A stretch of 64,000 nucleotides of DNA from Eledone cirrhosa. Lineage: Eukaryota. Below, piece by piece: positions 9,963 to 23,479 of the stretch (position 1 is the first letter of the stretch; every line of letters begins with the position of its first letter). The stretch spans positions 314,030,001 to 314,094,000 of the forward strand of contig OZ024742.1 of assembly GCA_964016885.1 (NCBI GenBank). The letters run 5' to 3'. The notes beneath the pieces were generated by a model that ran no database searches, was not told the origin of the DNA, and saw nothing but the letters and a program-made list of their open reading frames with translations. The position numbers and the translations under genes were made by a program.

Positions 9963-11093
9963 ATTTTCTTTCAGTCTATTTATCTATCTGTCTGTATGTT
10001 TGTCTGTATTTAACTATGAGTTTCTATTTTTATCTTTCCTTTCTTATTGTCGTTCTCTTGCCTTCGTGCATTGTATCATATCTACGTATATAAAAGCATC
10101 TATTCATTTCATTATGAAATATATAGACTTGAAATATTAAAATGGCTTCTTGCGTTGCCCAGTTAATATATAACCTTTATTTAATACGATACACTTCATT
10201 ATAGAAATAATTTATAGTTTGATCGAAAATATTGAAACAATTGAAACAAAAGATCAAATGAACGCAAAACAAATAAACTACAATTATCGTTTATGTTTCT
10301 GATGAATCTTCCAGTTCTATTGGCAAAAACAAAAGACTAAATACAATTCATAGTGTCGTGTCCTATTTTCAAACTAACTGCGGTCATAAAAATAGATAGA
10401 AAGATTTTTAAGATAGCAATTAATATAATACGTTTTAAGCACTAAACAAAGGTCATATTTTCAGAAATATTACCATCATATGGTTTTTCAAACCAAAAAT
10501 GTTTAATCTGACAATGTCTATACATAAGACATTATATGATTAAAATAATTAGATAGAACAATTTCCATTCCTTATAATATAATTATTTAACTTCTAAATT
10601 TTCTGAACATATCAGTGAATTGTATATATAAAAAGAAGCGATAATAACATTGTGCAAAAATTGTCGTCTTCTCACGCATATTTAGATATAACAGCATGGC
10701 AAAGACGTCTCAAGGGAAATTATAAGAGTGTATGATTTACTCGAGTAATATCCCCATGCTTTTGTCATGTGGGCGAAAAGTCTAAGAATAATATAAGATG
10801 TCTTCGGTAATCCTTTGAGGGCAGATGGTTTAACATTAGATATATCTTGAATGCATAGAAAAAGACCACAGAAAAATAGAAACCCACATGCAAAGCACTC
10901 ATAAAGACACAAAGGTATATATATATATATCCAACAGATCAGGCTTGATCCCTAAGAGAGATCAGCCAAGCTCTTGGATATTACCCAACCATCTTGCTCG
11001 AGGTATTTCCCTGGGTTTCCTGCCGATTGGTTTTGCTCGTAAAATTCTGTCTTTATACGAATATCCGTGTATTTGTGTTCGGATAAAGTGTGC

Positions 11094-11096
<3 letters not shown>

Positions 11097-11177
<81 letters not shown>
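11097..11177. repeat. (CA)n microsatellite (similar tracts near 11.84-12.01, 15.16-15.25, 48.54-48.62 and 51.66-51.73 kb)
   Basis: Direct dinucleotide repeat. Confidence 0.95.
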
Positions 11178-11183
<6 letters not shown>

Positions 11184-11909
11184 TTCACACTAACATATAT
11201 ATTTGTGTGTATGTATGTGCTCGTGTCATTGTCTAATGTTTGCTCACGTGTGAGTCCCTTTTCTCTCCACACACACACATATATATATATATATACATGT
11301 GTGTGTGTGTATGTTTGTGTGTGTGAGTGTGTGAGTGTGTGAGTGTGTGTGTGTATGTGTCTAAATGTGTGTATTTAGTTTTGTTCGTGTATATATATGA
11401 ATAGATAGAATACACACAAACTCTTCTTCTGTCCACATCTTCCTGCCTAGTTTCTCCTTTTTTTTCCTGCTATCATATTAATATATATATATATATATAT
11501 AATTCCTTGGTCACGTTTCGACTAGGTTTGATAGTCTTTATTCTCTCTCGTTCACGATTTCAACGAACTTATATTCATGGAAATCTGGGACTTGACTCTT
11601 TCTTCCTCACTTTTCGTTGCTTTACCATCTTTGTTTGTTTACACTCTCGCTCGTTCTCCTTATTTACGTGTCCCAACGACTTTCTTTAGTCGTTGCTCGC
11701 ACCAACCGGAGGTATATGGTCTTTAAAGTGATGAAATACCAATGATGGTTGGAAGATCACTGATGAAGGACTAACTTTATTCATATATATATATGATTGT
11801 AATTAGGTATACACCACCATGCATACACACGTGCACTCGCGCACACACACACACACACACGCACACAGACGCGCGCGCGCGCGCACGCATACACACACAT
11901 ACACACGCG

Positions 11910-12016
<107 letters not shown>

Positions 12017-12693
12017 TTTGAGTTTCTTGTCTTTTTCTACCTTCTCATCTACCTGTCAGCATCCCTTAATTTAATAGCGTTCTAAGACAAGATTATTCTT
12101 CGGTCGTTTTCAGAAACCATTAGTTATACAGGCATACACTTTACATTGGGTTATAATAAACTGGTTGATGTGACATTTTGTTGCACCTTCATTCTTTATC
12201 TTAGTACATATACATGTACAACCTTTCCTTCTCAGAAAAGATATCAATCTAAATCTATATTTCAGACGTACTGTATTTCTACCGGATCTAAATCTCTTCT
12301 TTACTCTTCACTCGTCAAACATTCCAGCTTTAAACGAAGTAGTATGAAGGCAAAAGTTTCTAGTCTTTTCACATCTTTATTTGATACAAGAACAACATTT
12401 CCTCTTTGAAACAACTAATAGAACAACACAAATAACAATAGAAAAGAAAAAGAAACGAAACAAAAAGAACAAATAAAAGAAAATACAAACGGACAAATAA
12501 ATAAATCATTCTAAACAACGAATATATATATATATGTATGTGTGTGTGTGTGTGCATATGTATATATATATGTATATATATATATACACATGTGCATATG
12601 TAAATATGTGCATATGTATATATGTGCATATGTATATATATGTATATATGTGTGTGTGTGTGTGTATGTCTATATATATATATACATATATAA

Positions 12694-14117
12694 TGTATAA
12701 TAAACAATACAATATAATTACCTCATTACCAGAGGTTTCCCGAATAAGACGAATACGAAAAAAACGTCCCCATTCGTTCGTCGGACAAGGTAATATAAAA
12801 CATAGTGAAATATTTGGAAAGTCTCCTCAAGAAATGCAAAAAAAATATATAAACAAAAGTAATGCAAGAGATTTATAAAATATATAAAAAAAATATAAGG
12901 AAATATAATTAGGTGTGTGTATATGTATGTATATACACTCACAAATGTACATATGTATGTATGTACAAATGCATGTGTATGGTGAACATGTGTGCGTAAG
13001 TACATATGTGGGGGCAAGTATATTTGTATATATGTGACCACAAATACGGATATAATATGAGTTGAAAAAGAAAATGATAATATAGTTGACACGCATCCAG
13101 ATACAGGTATTAGATACACATACGAGTATGAAAGCACGCGTATAAACACACACACACGCCGATCACTTATATGCGGAAGATAAAGAGGGAAGGGAGTGTA
13201 ATAGTTAAAAGAAAGTGTCATTCTCGATATATGTATCAAAGTGAAACAATATATAAGAATGAAAAACATTTTTTAAATGAAAGAGAAAGTAGTCAATTAA
13301 CACTAGAGAAAAGAAAACAAACATAGGTACGCACGTACATACACATATATCTATAAAAAACATATATCTATAAAAAAATATATTTATACACGCAAATACG
13401 TACAGACAAAAGCGCATGCATGCGTACATACATACACACGATGCACGTATATATATATATATATCGCCCCATGTATATCTAATCACACGTACGTACGCGA
13501 CTATATATATATATATATACATATATACACATACACATACACATACACACCCATACATACATATACATATACATATATACACACATACACACATACACAT
13601 TCACGTACATTCACCCGCTTACACATACACGCATAAAAATAAGAGTGTAAAAAAAACATAGATGTAAAAAAACAGATATAAAAACACACATACGCACACA
13701 CATATATATATATACACGCACGCACGCGCACATACGGAGGCGTTCGTGTACATATACAGAACGTATACACACGTAAAGACACTCAGACACATAGATACAG
13801 AGTATAAAGCAGCCTTATGAATAAATGAGTACAAATATAAAATATAAAATCGGCTGCGGAACAACAGAAAATATCTGGAATGGAAAACGCAAGTGACTAG
13901 TGTAATCAGGTAGTAAAGAAAATAGGGAAGTAAAATGTGGAATGTGAAGATATTAGGTAAGTGAATCGAAGAGTAGGGGGGGGGGGGGGGGGGGTTAATA
14001 TTTCACTATGTTTTATACTACCTTGTCCGACGAATGAATGAGGACGTTTTTTTCGTATTCGTCTTATTCGGGAAACCTCTGGTAATCAGGTAATTATATT
14101 GTATTGTTTATTATACA
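12694..14117. repeat. ~120-bp inverted repeat pair (12694-12813 / 13997-14117)
   Basis: ...attaccagaggtttcccgaataagacgaatacgaaaaaaacgtcc... is the reverse complement of ...ggacgtttttttcgtattcgtcttattcgggaaacctctggtaat..., with few mismatches. Confidence 0.85.
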
Positions 14118-14224
14118 TAAAATTTTGCTCTGGTACTTACATAGAGCACTCTTCACTCCTATGACTTTTTCAATTTTCAACGGAAACTTCATTACTTATA
14201 TATATATATATATATATATACATA

Positions 14225-14346
14225 CAGTGGCGGACTGGCCAGGTTGCTAGGTTGGCAAATGGCAAGCGGGCCCCAGACGGCCCACGGTAGCATTACAAGA
14301 GCCCACAGTAGTTTTGCAGGGCCCACTGTAGTATTTTAGGGGCCAA
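14225..14346 (+). mobile_element. Possible hAT-type DNA transposon/MITE end
   Basis: Begins CAGTGGCGGA, a typical hAT terminus, followed by GGGCCC-rich subterminal repeats. The second end was not found. Confidence 0.35.
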
Positions 14347-14563
14347 TACTTTGCTTTAAAAAAATAACTGAAATCTAAGAGAAAGAATAATTTTTTACAA
14401 AAAATAAATAAAACAATTAAGCAAACCATTTGTTCAACCCATTCCCCAGGGAATTACTAGAAATCAAAATATATGATAGTGCAAATAGCTGGAATCAGTT
14501 GTTGTACATTCTATGAAATCTAAAGCTTAGTGCAAACATACATATATAGACACTGACAGCTCT

Positions 14564-14938
14564 CATCCTTGTCCCCGTTCCCGCTGCAACACTTATCCCT
14601 TTATTTGCACCCTCAACACTGTTAAAGGCCCTAACGGGTCTTTCCGTATCCGCCATTCCTTCACCTGCACATCCACCCACGTTGTCTAGGCCCTCCGGTG
14701 TTCCCTTTGCGGGTCTTTATATATCGGACAAACGGGACGCCGTATGGAGGACCGTTTTGCCGATCACTTGAGTGACATACGCCTCGGTTTGGATACTCCT
14801 GTCGCCCGTCATTTCTGTTCTCCTGGTCATTCTTCCATACATGTTTCAGTCCTGGGTGTCCTTTTACATCATTGAACAATCACTGAACAAAGTCTGATTC
14901 ACCGCCTTGGGTCCTATTCTCCTCTTGGACTCAACTAA
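14564..14938 (+). pseudogene. Penelope-like element GIY-YIG endonuclease remnant
   Basis: Manual translation: HPCPRSRCNTYPF...FTCTSTHVV*ALRCSLCGSLYIGQTGRRMEDRFADHLSDIR...PVARHF...EQSLIHRLGSYSPLGLN*. Confidence 0.85.
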
Positions 14939-15150
14939 ACTCCACAATTTCTCTAATACCCCGTCCATTATCACACCCCTAGCTTGCTATCGCTATCTCT
15001 TGATCATTGGCAGCTTCTCTTACAACTAATACATGCCGATATACACCCTTATATTAACATACTTTTGCTCATAGCTTCGTACTTACATGCACACACACTC
15101 TTTTACTCACATATACACACACATTTCTTCTTAGCTTCGAACGGACGTAT

Positions 15151-15256
<106 letters not shown>

Positions 15257-15269
15257 ACGCACGTGCTCA

Positions 15270-15658
15270 AGTATAGCTTTTTTACAAAACGTTTTTTTTC
15301 CATTTCAGGTAGACGCTTGCCATCATCCACTTTTCTAAAAAAACAAATCATACGCAAAACTCGAGCACCAACAGTTTTGCAAGAGATGTCACCATGAATG
15401 GACCTGTTATTTTTATCTATAGACACTTTTTCCAATTCCATCCCGCCCGTCCCCTAAATCTATTTTATTTCTCATTCTTTCTTCTGATGAAGGACTAGCG
15501 TCCGAAACGTTAAGACCCTCTTCCTGCTATATCAAGAGTTAACCTAATATACCTTCCGATTGTGTTGTTATTTCTGTTTACCTTTTACACACATATCTAT
15601 ATATATATATATATAGTAATAATAATAAATGGATTTTAGTCTTCAGATTTATTATTAT

Positions 15659-15711
<53 letters not shown>

Positions 15712-16047
15712 AAAGGTAAACAGAAATAACAACACAATCGGTACAGTATATGGAAGGTATATATTAGGTTAACGCTTGATATAGCAGGAAGAGGGTCTTC
15801 ACGTTTCGGACGCTAGTCCTTTATCAGAAGAAAGAATGAGAAATAAAATAGATTGAGGGGACGGGCGGGATGGAATTGGAAAAAGTGTCTTTAGATAAAA
15901 ATAACAGGTCCATTCATGTTGACATCTCTTGGAAAACTGTCGGTGCTGGCGTTTTGTGTATGATTTGTTTTTTTAGAAAAGTGGATAATGGAGCGCATCT
16001 ACCTGAAATGGAAAAAAAAAACGTTTTGTAAAAAGAGCTATACTTGC
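15270..16047. repeat. Inverted PLE pseudo-LTR pair (15270-15590 / 15708-16047) around (TA)n
   Basis: About 320-bp reverse-complement match that follows the GIY-YIG remnant and contains a hammerhead motif. Confidence 0.85.
15480..15515 (+). ncRNA. Minimal type I hammerhead ribozyme motif
   Basis: tctt CTGATGA a-ggac-tagc-gtcc GAAA cg TT aaga: stem I tctt/aaga, stem II ggac/gtcc, palindromic stem III. The inverted copy near 15800-15830 has core mutations. Confidence 0.8.
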
Positions 16048-16082
16048 GCTATATATATATATATATATAGGAAAATGTTCAA

Positions 16083-16178
16083 GACCCCGACGGCAGAGTT
16101 CAAGCCGTTTTGACGGCTATTTCTGGACTAAATTAGAATTTTTAGCGTGGTAATAAATAGCCGAAATTTTCAAGGGGT
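16083..16178 (-). ncRNA. Hammerhead-like motif, U3-A8 core variant with long stem II (partly decayed)
   Basis: acccc TTGAAAA ...cggctattt...aaatagccg tc (G>A)AAA cggc...gccg TC ggggt. Sister copies at 18.07 and 22.22 kb retain GAAA. Confidence 0.6.
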
Positions 16179-17310
16179 AATTCCTTATATGGGAAGATTG
16201 TAGTTGTCAAAAGGAATGGTCAGAATTTCTTGTAAACACAATTAAATCTTTCATGGCGGTGGGTGGGAGGTGGGTGGCTGAACTTGCCTATAGAACAATG
16301 AGGGAGTGGGTGGAGCCGATCAAGCGTTGAAAGTGAGATCTATACAGCAAATTCTAAGGAATGTGTATGAAATTATGCTATCTATGGAGGAATCTAAGAG
16401 TGGGATGTTATAAAATTAAAAAGTTAGTAAATTGAGATTAAAAAATAAAAAAATAATAAATAAAAATAATAATAATATTAAAAAATTAAATAATAAAAAG
16501 AAAAACTAGAGTCTAAAGCAGCTGCTATATTTTTAGCTGGTATTGCGTTTTCAGCCAATGCTATATAGAATTTACTGGGGTGGGGTACTGAGGCTACAAA
16601 AGCCCGATGGGCTGCCTCAGGGTAGGCTAAATAGGAAAAAGGAAAAGGAAGAGGAGAGAGAGTGGAAGGAAGTGAGAAGGAGAGATAAAGGGAAAAAAGA
16701 AAAGAAGTACATCTACCTATGTATGTTGGGGTTAATCCTATCTTGTTCGGCAAGTGGGGAAAAGAAGGATGTTGCAGCCATTGTCTACCCACTCGGGTCA
16801 TGAGGGGATTTGAGGGCGAGGTAAGTCCTATGCAATCGGTGTTTACATGCAGTTACAAGTTCGTCCTTTATGTTTAGGAGTTGGTCTTTCGTATACAGCA
16901 TTTGTATTGTTTTCTCCGAGCATAAGTTACACGAACTTGTAACTGCATGTAAACACCGATTCCGTAGGATCAATTGATAATTATAAACCTACTTTCAAAA
17001 TCAAAGTTTAAAAGATATGGTGTCGTTCATGGCATTCCTAGAGGTATTAGTAATATTTAGGGTCGACTTGTCAATCTTCTGGCCCTTTGATAACAACCTT
17101 ATTATTCCTATGTGTGTTTAACTGTTGAATTAATTTAACTTGATTATTTTAGCGAACAAATAATATATATATAATGCCAATCATTGTAAGTTTGAATCTG
17201 ACATGCAAAAACATATATATATATTTGAATAAAGTAATCCCAACTCATAGTAGATTCAAATGTCACAGAGAGAAAGATAGAGAGAGAGAGAGAGAGCGAG
17301 CGAGCGAGCG

Positions 17311-17348
<38 letters not shown>

Positions 17349-17756
17349 CGATAGAGAGAGAAAGCGAGAGAGAGAGAGAGAGAGAGAAAGTGGGGCGAAT
17401 GAGGTGCAACGGAAATGAAACATGGATTACAAGTTAAAATGTAGTCTAGATAGATGAGAAACAAAACGAGGATGTAGTTTATAGAACACCCAAATTATTT
17501 CGAAGTCGACCTTATGTAGGAGCAATAACATTAAGAAAGACATGAACAACACCACAACAATTTACTTTTAAAATTTTGAAAGTAGGTTTATAAGTATAAA
17601 TTTTCATAAGACTATCGTAGTTGTCTCTGTGGCAGGTACTAGAAGCAGTGAAGATCCTGGCCTTGGGTTCAATCCTGGTCAAGAGGAACATGTAACCATT
17701 TACAGCTTTTATTTTACAACCAATAGAAAAGAAACTGAGAAGTGAAGCGGAACCCT

Positions 17757-17834
17757 ACTACCGACCAGGATCGAACTTCAGATCAGAATCACCACCGTAT
17801 GTCATTCTTCCAACTAGGCCACCGAGACAGCTAC
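17757..17834 (-). other. tRNA-like Pol III unit (A box TGGCCTAGTTGG, B box GTTCGATCC) preceded by TTTATAA; diverged inverted copy at 17617-17685
   Basis: Box motifs read directly from the sequence; no convincing cloverleaf, so not called a tRNA. Confidence 0.5.
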
Positions 17835-17988
17835 AAAATTAAAATTAAAATTGAGAATTATAAACCTACTTTCAAAATTCAAAGTTAAAAAGATGTGGCG
17901 TCGTTCATGGCTTTCCTAGAGCTATTAGTAATACTTAGGATCGACTTCTGGTCATTATTGAAAGTCTCTGGATTTCGCAAAATACATA

Positions 17989-18119
17989 ATAGGAAAATGT
18001 TCAAGACCCCGACGGCAGAGCTCAAGCCATTTTGACGGCTATTTCGGAAATTTTCGACGGCTATTAAGAAATAGCCGTCGAAACGGCTTGAGCTCTGCCG
18101 TCGGGGTCTTAAACATTTT

Positions 18120-18124
<5 letters not shown>
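17989..18124. repeat. Fold-back palindrome built from the 3' half of a hammerhead
   Basis: Arms of about 57 bp (aggaaaatgttcaagaccccgacggcagagctcaagcc... and its reverse complement) ending in (TA)n. Confidence 0.85.
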
Positions 18125-18164
<40 letters not shown>

Positions 18165-18215
18165 GAATATATATGCAAAAGTTCTATTTAAATTGTTGGG
18201 ATACACCAAGCAAAT

Positions 18216-18980
18216 ATTATTATAACTGATATAAAGCACTCGACAAATATTTGGAGTAGATATACAATATTAATAAATGGAAACTATATTTATAAAACCA
18301 TATTTATTTCATTATATATATTTCAAGGATACCAAGTTAAATCATGGCCTCCAAAAACAACGGTCACCTTTTTGAAAGGGTATGTCAATTATCTATTTGT
18401 AAAACTGTTATATATTGTATTTTGTCTGATGAAGGCATACCATGATTTAACTTGGTATCCTTGAAATATATATAATGAAATAAATATGGTTTTATAAATA
18501 TAATTTCCATTTATTAATATTGTATACGAATATATATATATATATACGTATATATATGTATACATATATATATATATATAATGATATTAAATAAATGGAA
18601 ACTATATTTATAAAACCATATTTATTTTATTATATATATTTCAATATATACAATATATATTGAAATATATATAATAAAATAAATATGGTTTTATAAATAT
18701 ATATTTCAATATATACAATAAAATACAATATATACAATAAAATACAAAGTTTGTTTTATAAATAGAGACATACCCATGGAAATCATACCTTATCGGTTGG
18801 ATATTCTCTGGATAGTGGAAATATATTAGGGAATTTTCAAACTTATTGGTGAATATGCAAATGAATATTTAAATAATTGAAAAACAAATATAAATATAAA
18901 TATAGTTTCCATTTATTTAATATCATTGAATATTTACTCCACTTCTTGTTTAGTGCTCTAAATCAGTCGGACTTCCAACA
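18216..18980. repeat. Scrambled AT-rich inverted/direct repeats, probable PLE pseudo-LTR fragments with a degenerate hammerhead at about 18422-18475
   Basis: 18261-18347 is the reverse complement of 18440-18526; CTGATGA-aggcatacca...tggtatcctt-GAAA; further partial copies up to 18.98 kb. Confidence 0.65.
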
Positions 18981-19006
18981 AATTAAATACCCCTTCTACT
19001 TATATA

Positions 19007-19043
<37 letters not shown>

Positions 19044-19280
19044 TATATATAGATATGTGTGTGTGTGTTTATGTAAAAATGAAACAAAAATAACCACACA
19101 AACGGTACAGTATACGGAAGGAAATAGAGAGAGAGAGAGAGGGGGAGAGAGAGAGAGCATGAACGAGAGTGAGAGTGAGAGAGTGTGAGCGAGAGTGAGA
19201 GTAAGAGAGAGAGAGAGAGTGAGAGAGTGAGTGAGACAGAGAGAACATGTAAAGAATCATTTCAGTAACGTTGTTGCAGT

Positions 19281-19539
19281 ATTATGTATTAATGTACTGG
19301 GTAATTGCTGGCTTTGTGCCAAAAATAGAAACAATTATGTATTAATAGATTGGCAGTATCGCTAGAGAGTCGGACATCATGCTTTGCAGCAAAGAGTTAC
19401 GTCCCTTTACGGTCTGAGTTCAAATCCCGCCGAGGTTAACTCTGCCTTTCATCCTTATGGGGTCGATAAAATAAAGCACCAGTAATACACTGGGATAATT
19501 GCTGGCCTTGTGCCAAATATAGAAACAATTATGTATTAA
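19281..19539 (+). mobile_element. SINE family 1: truncated copy plus near-full copy at one site, with three copies of target ATTATGTATTAA
   Basis: ATTATGTATTAA at 19281, 19334 and 19528 brackets both insertions. Confidence 0.85.
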
Positions 19540-20564
19540 ACGAGGTGAAAACCAAGTCTGATTCTTAGGTCAATAGTGTTCAGTTGTAATACTACAAAAG
19601 ATATTCCTTATTCCTGAGTTTAAATCACTCAACATTCCATCAGTTGTTTTATGTTACGTAGTCACCTGATTATAGCTCGATTATCTCTCTTGGTGCTCAC
19701 ATTACGTTCAATTGAGACATAGAAAGTGGGAAAGAGGAGAAAGTGAGGGAGAGAGAGTGAGAGAGAAAGAGAGAGAGAGAGTGAGAGAATAGGAGACAGT
19801 GAGGGAGGCACAGTGAGAGAGAAAGAGGGAGAGAGAGTGGTGTATATATATATATATATATATTTTTTTTTTGAAAGAGAGAGAGAGAGAGAGAGTGAAA
19901 GAGAGAAAATATGAGCTATCTAGGTGAAACTAGTCGAATTGTAGGCGTGGAAAAGAATATACAAGATAAATGAACACATAAGTAAAAAAGACAAAACAAC
20001 AAACACAAAAACTAGAAATAAACTTTAAAGGTGTTGCTGTTGTTATAAACTAGCTTTTAAGTCAGTGCTGGTCAAGCTAACCTCTCACCAATAACAATCC
20101 ATCCAGACCAATTAGTCTTTCTTAATATACTTAGAACAGCAGTGTTTAATGTGTTTTTCATTTTAAAGGCGGTGGGGTGTAATTTAATACAGATAGTTCA
20201 GCTATTTCTAGCAGCTTATGCCACACGTGCACTCCTTATAATGGTTTCTTATATAGGCACAAGGCCAGCAATTTTTGGGGAGGGCAAAGTCAATTAAATC
20301 GACCTCAGCGCGTGACTGGTACTTTATTTTTCAATGGATATCTGTTCTCTCATTGAATTTCACTGGGACCTCACTGCTTTATTAGTTAACACAAACCACT
20401 TGTATTTCATGTAAAGTGCGTTAATTTTAGGTAACCTTTATATGTGAACCTATAGACGTTAAACCCTGACCTGTCAGATCTCACCATCCGACGGGGAGAT
20501 CTTCCACCCACTTTGGACTGGGTGAGATATATATTCTCTTGTGAAAATGTGTATAGCTTTCATT

Positions 20565-20748
20565 GGTGGATTGGCAGTATCGGTAGAGAGTCGGACACCA
20601 TTCTTTGAAGCATAGAGTTACGTCCCTTTATGATCTGAGTTCAAATCCCGCCGAGGTTAATTTTGCTTTTGATCCTTACGGGGTCGATAAAATAAAGTAC
20701 CAGTAATGTACTGGGTAATTGCTGGCCTTGTGCCTAAAATAGAAACAA
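20565..20748 (+). mobile_element. SINE family 1 copy
   Basis: GGTGGATTGGCAGTATCGG...GAGTTCAAATCC...TAGAAACAATT. Confidence 0.88.
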
Positions 20749-21982
20749 TTATATAAAATCTCCCTATTTTGCCTCATTTCTCCTCGTTTTGTTGCATTTT
20801 AGTTCATGGTACTCCCCGTTTGGATTTTTAGAGGCTGGCAGGTCTAATTATAAGGTGTAGTCAGATTTAACAGTAGTCCTAGTGAAATTCAAGCATATTC
20901 CTATGAACTTGGGTTCTGAATTTTAAACAATGTGAATCTACCAGTGAGATTTGGAGAATTGGGAAAATCTCAATTTAAAATTTAGATTACTCTATGGACT
21001 GGAGTGTAGTTGACTCCATTTAAGAAACATATAGTTCTCTATTTTCCTTGAATTTCCGCCATTTGCGTGCGATAAAGTTTAGGTGTACTAAGAAAGCAAT
21101 TACTGGAGGGAGTCATCTTGGAGATGTTGGAAGGCTTCCCATTGCTGATACACCATAACGAGTCCTGTTTGACACTTTAACAAATCCATCAAATTAGGGT
21201 ATAATTTGCAGGAGATTTGACCTCTATCTCTTGCAGATCAAATAACTACATAGTGGCACTCTTATTAGTGTACAATTTAAAGCGACTAACCTGTATATTT
21301 TATCATGCTGAGAAATGAGAGTTACATAGAAATAAATCGCCCAAAGTTTATGGACTGTAAGAGAATCAATCATTTGTAACAAAGTGCCAAATTATTGTCG
21401 CTGCACCTTCCATACATTTAGTAATACCTCAATGTCTTAATGATAGAGAATCCAGAGCTAATTGCAGGTTTTATGAGAGTCTAAAGCACGTACAGATATT
21501 TATGTGTGATCAGAATCTCGATATAATCAGGTTGAAATTTGAGAAATTGTTTATTGCCGCGAATAATACGCTACACCTGTGAGAAATTGAAACTTGAAGA
21601 ATAAGAGATGACGAATTTTATAACGTACATGAAGATTGTTGATAAACAAAGAACGTAATCAGAAAGATTTTCGCTGAAAGTTTACTTTCTGTCTCCATAT
21701 GTCTCTTTCTCACTGTATCTCTATAAATATAACCACACGTATATATACATACAAGTATGCATACATAAATACACACATACATACAAACATATACAATACA
21801 GGCACACGTACATATTAATATACATATTGGCAGGTGTTTGTGTGTGTGAATGTGTATATGTATGTGTCCGTGGGGTATTACGTGTATTACGTGTATATAC
21901 CTGTACGTGACAGATTTTCATTGACAAGTGATTCACATTTAAGATATCACACTAATAACTCCCCCTCCCTCTCTCTGTATAC

Positions 21983-22062
<80 letters not shown>

Positions 22063-22140
22063 AACGGAGGAAATGTGGTAAGGAACCAGGTGGACCATAA
22101 CGCACCAAAGTACTCAATACTTAGGGTAGTAGAGTGGGTA

Positions 22141-22263
22141 ATAGGAACGAGTAGGACCCCGACGTCTGAGCTCAAGCCGTTTCGACGGCTAATTCTGGAC
22201 TAATAGTAGTCCAGAATTAGCCGTCGAAACGGCTTGAGCTCAGCCGTCGGGGTCCTACTCGTT

Positions 22264-22268
<5 letters not shown>
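22141..22268. repeat. Near-perfect ~128-bp palindrome made of a hammerhead 3' half
   Basis: ataggaacgagtaggaccccgacg...ctggacta-atag-tagtccag...cgtcggggtcctactcgttcctat, followed by (TA)n. Confidence 0.9.
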
Positions 22269-22308
<40 letters not shown>

Positions 22309-22390
22309 CTATGATGATTTCCAGAAGACCAGCCAAAGAGCGGGAACTGTCCATGTGGCTGCCTTTTTTTTATTTCTTCTATATGCTCCT

Positions 22391-22426
<36 letters not shown>

Positions 22427-22454
22427 AGGAGCATGATATATATATATATATATA

Positions 22455-22608
22455 ATTATTTCTACTTTTGGCACAAGGCCAGCAATTATCCCTGTGTATT
22501 ACTGGTACTTTATTTTATCGACCCCGTAAGGATGAAAGGCACAGTTAACCTCAGCGGGATTTGAACTCAGAATGGAAAGGGCCGTAACTCCATCCGTCAA
22601 AGCATGGC
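22455..22608 (-). mobile_element. SINE family 1 copy (5'-truncated)
   Basis: Same central block and 3' end as the other copies. Confidence 0.8.
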
Positions 22609-22634
22609 ATATATAATATTATATATATATATTT

Positions 22635-22726
<92 letters not shown>

Positions 22727-22933
22727 TGAGTGAGAAAAAGAGAAAGAGAAAGAGAGAAAGAGAAAGAGAGAGAGCGGGATTGGAAGATATATAAATGGAC
22801 AAATAAATGGATAGAGAGGTAGACACACCGACATGTTGGAAAAGTGATATAAATGCTGAATACATTTCATTAAATACTAGATATTGCAAATATTGACAGA
22901 TTTTGTATTTGGAAAAAACAATTTCATGCGAAT

Positions 22934-22983
<50 letters not shown>

Positions 22984-23004
22984 ATATATATATATTTTTT
23001 TTTC

Positions 23005-23035
<31 letters not shown>

Positions 23036-23419
23036 CTGTATGTAATATATTGTAAGTAGTAAAATTGGCAATGTTTAAAATGAGTGAGAAATAAGTTGAC
23101 AAACAGAATAATTTCTACATTGGTTGGTGAAGCCATAAGAAACAAAAAAAAAATCATTGTTGATGTTTTTGCGCTTGGGTAAAAGAAAATCGATATTTAA
23201 AAGGTGAAACAACCACACAAATATTCTTTAAATTTCAGACAATCGGAAAACATATTTTAATGTGTGATAGAAAACAAAATTATAAAGAATAAAAAAACTG
23301 CTTTTATTAAGTTCTCTGTATGTCTCTATGTCTACCGCACTTTGTCCATGTATACACATACACGCACATACATACATACATACACTCATACAGGCACATA
23401 CACACACGCACACACATGC

Positions 23420-23479
<60 letters not shown>

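Noticed and set aside
20760-21260. Possible decayed coding sequence on the minus strand
   Set aside because: Multiple stops and no motif I could recognise.
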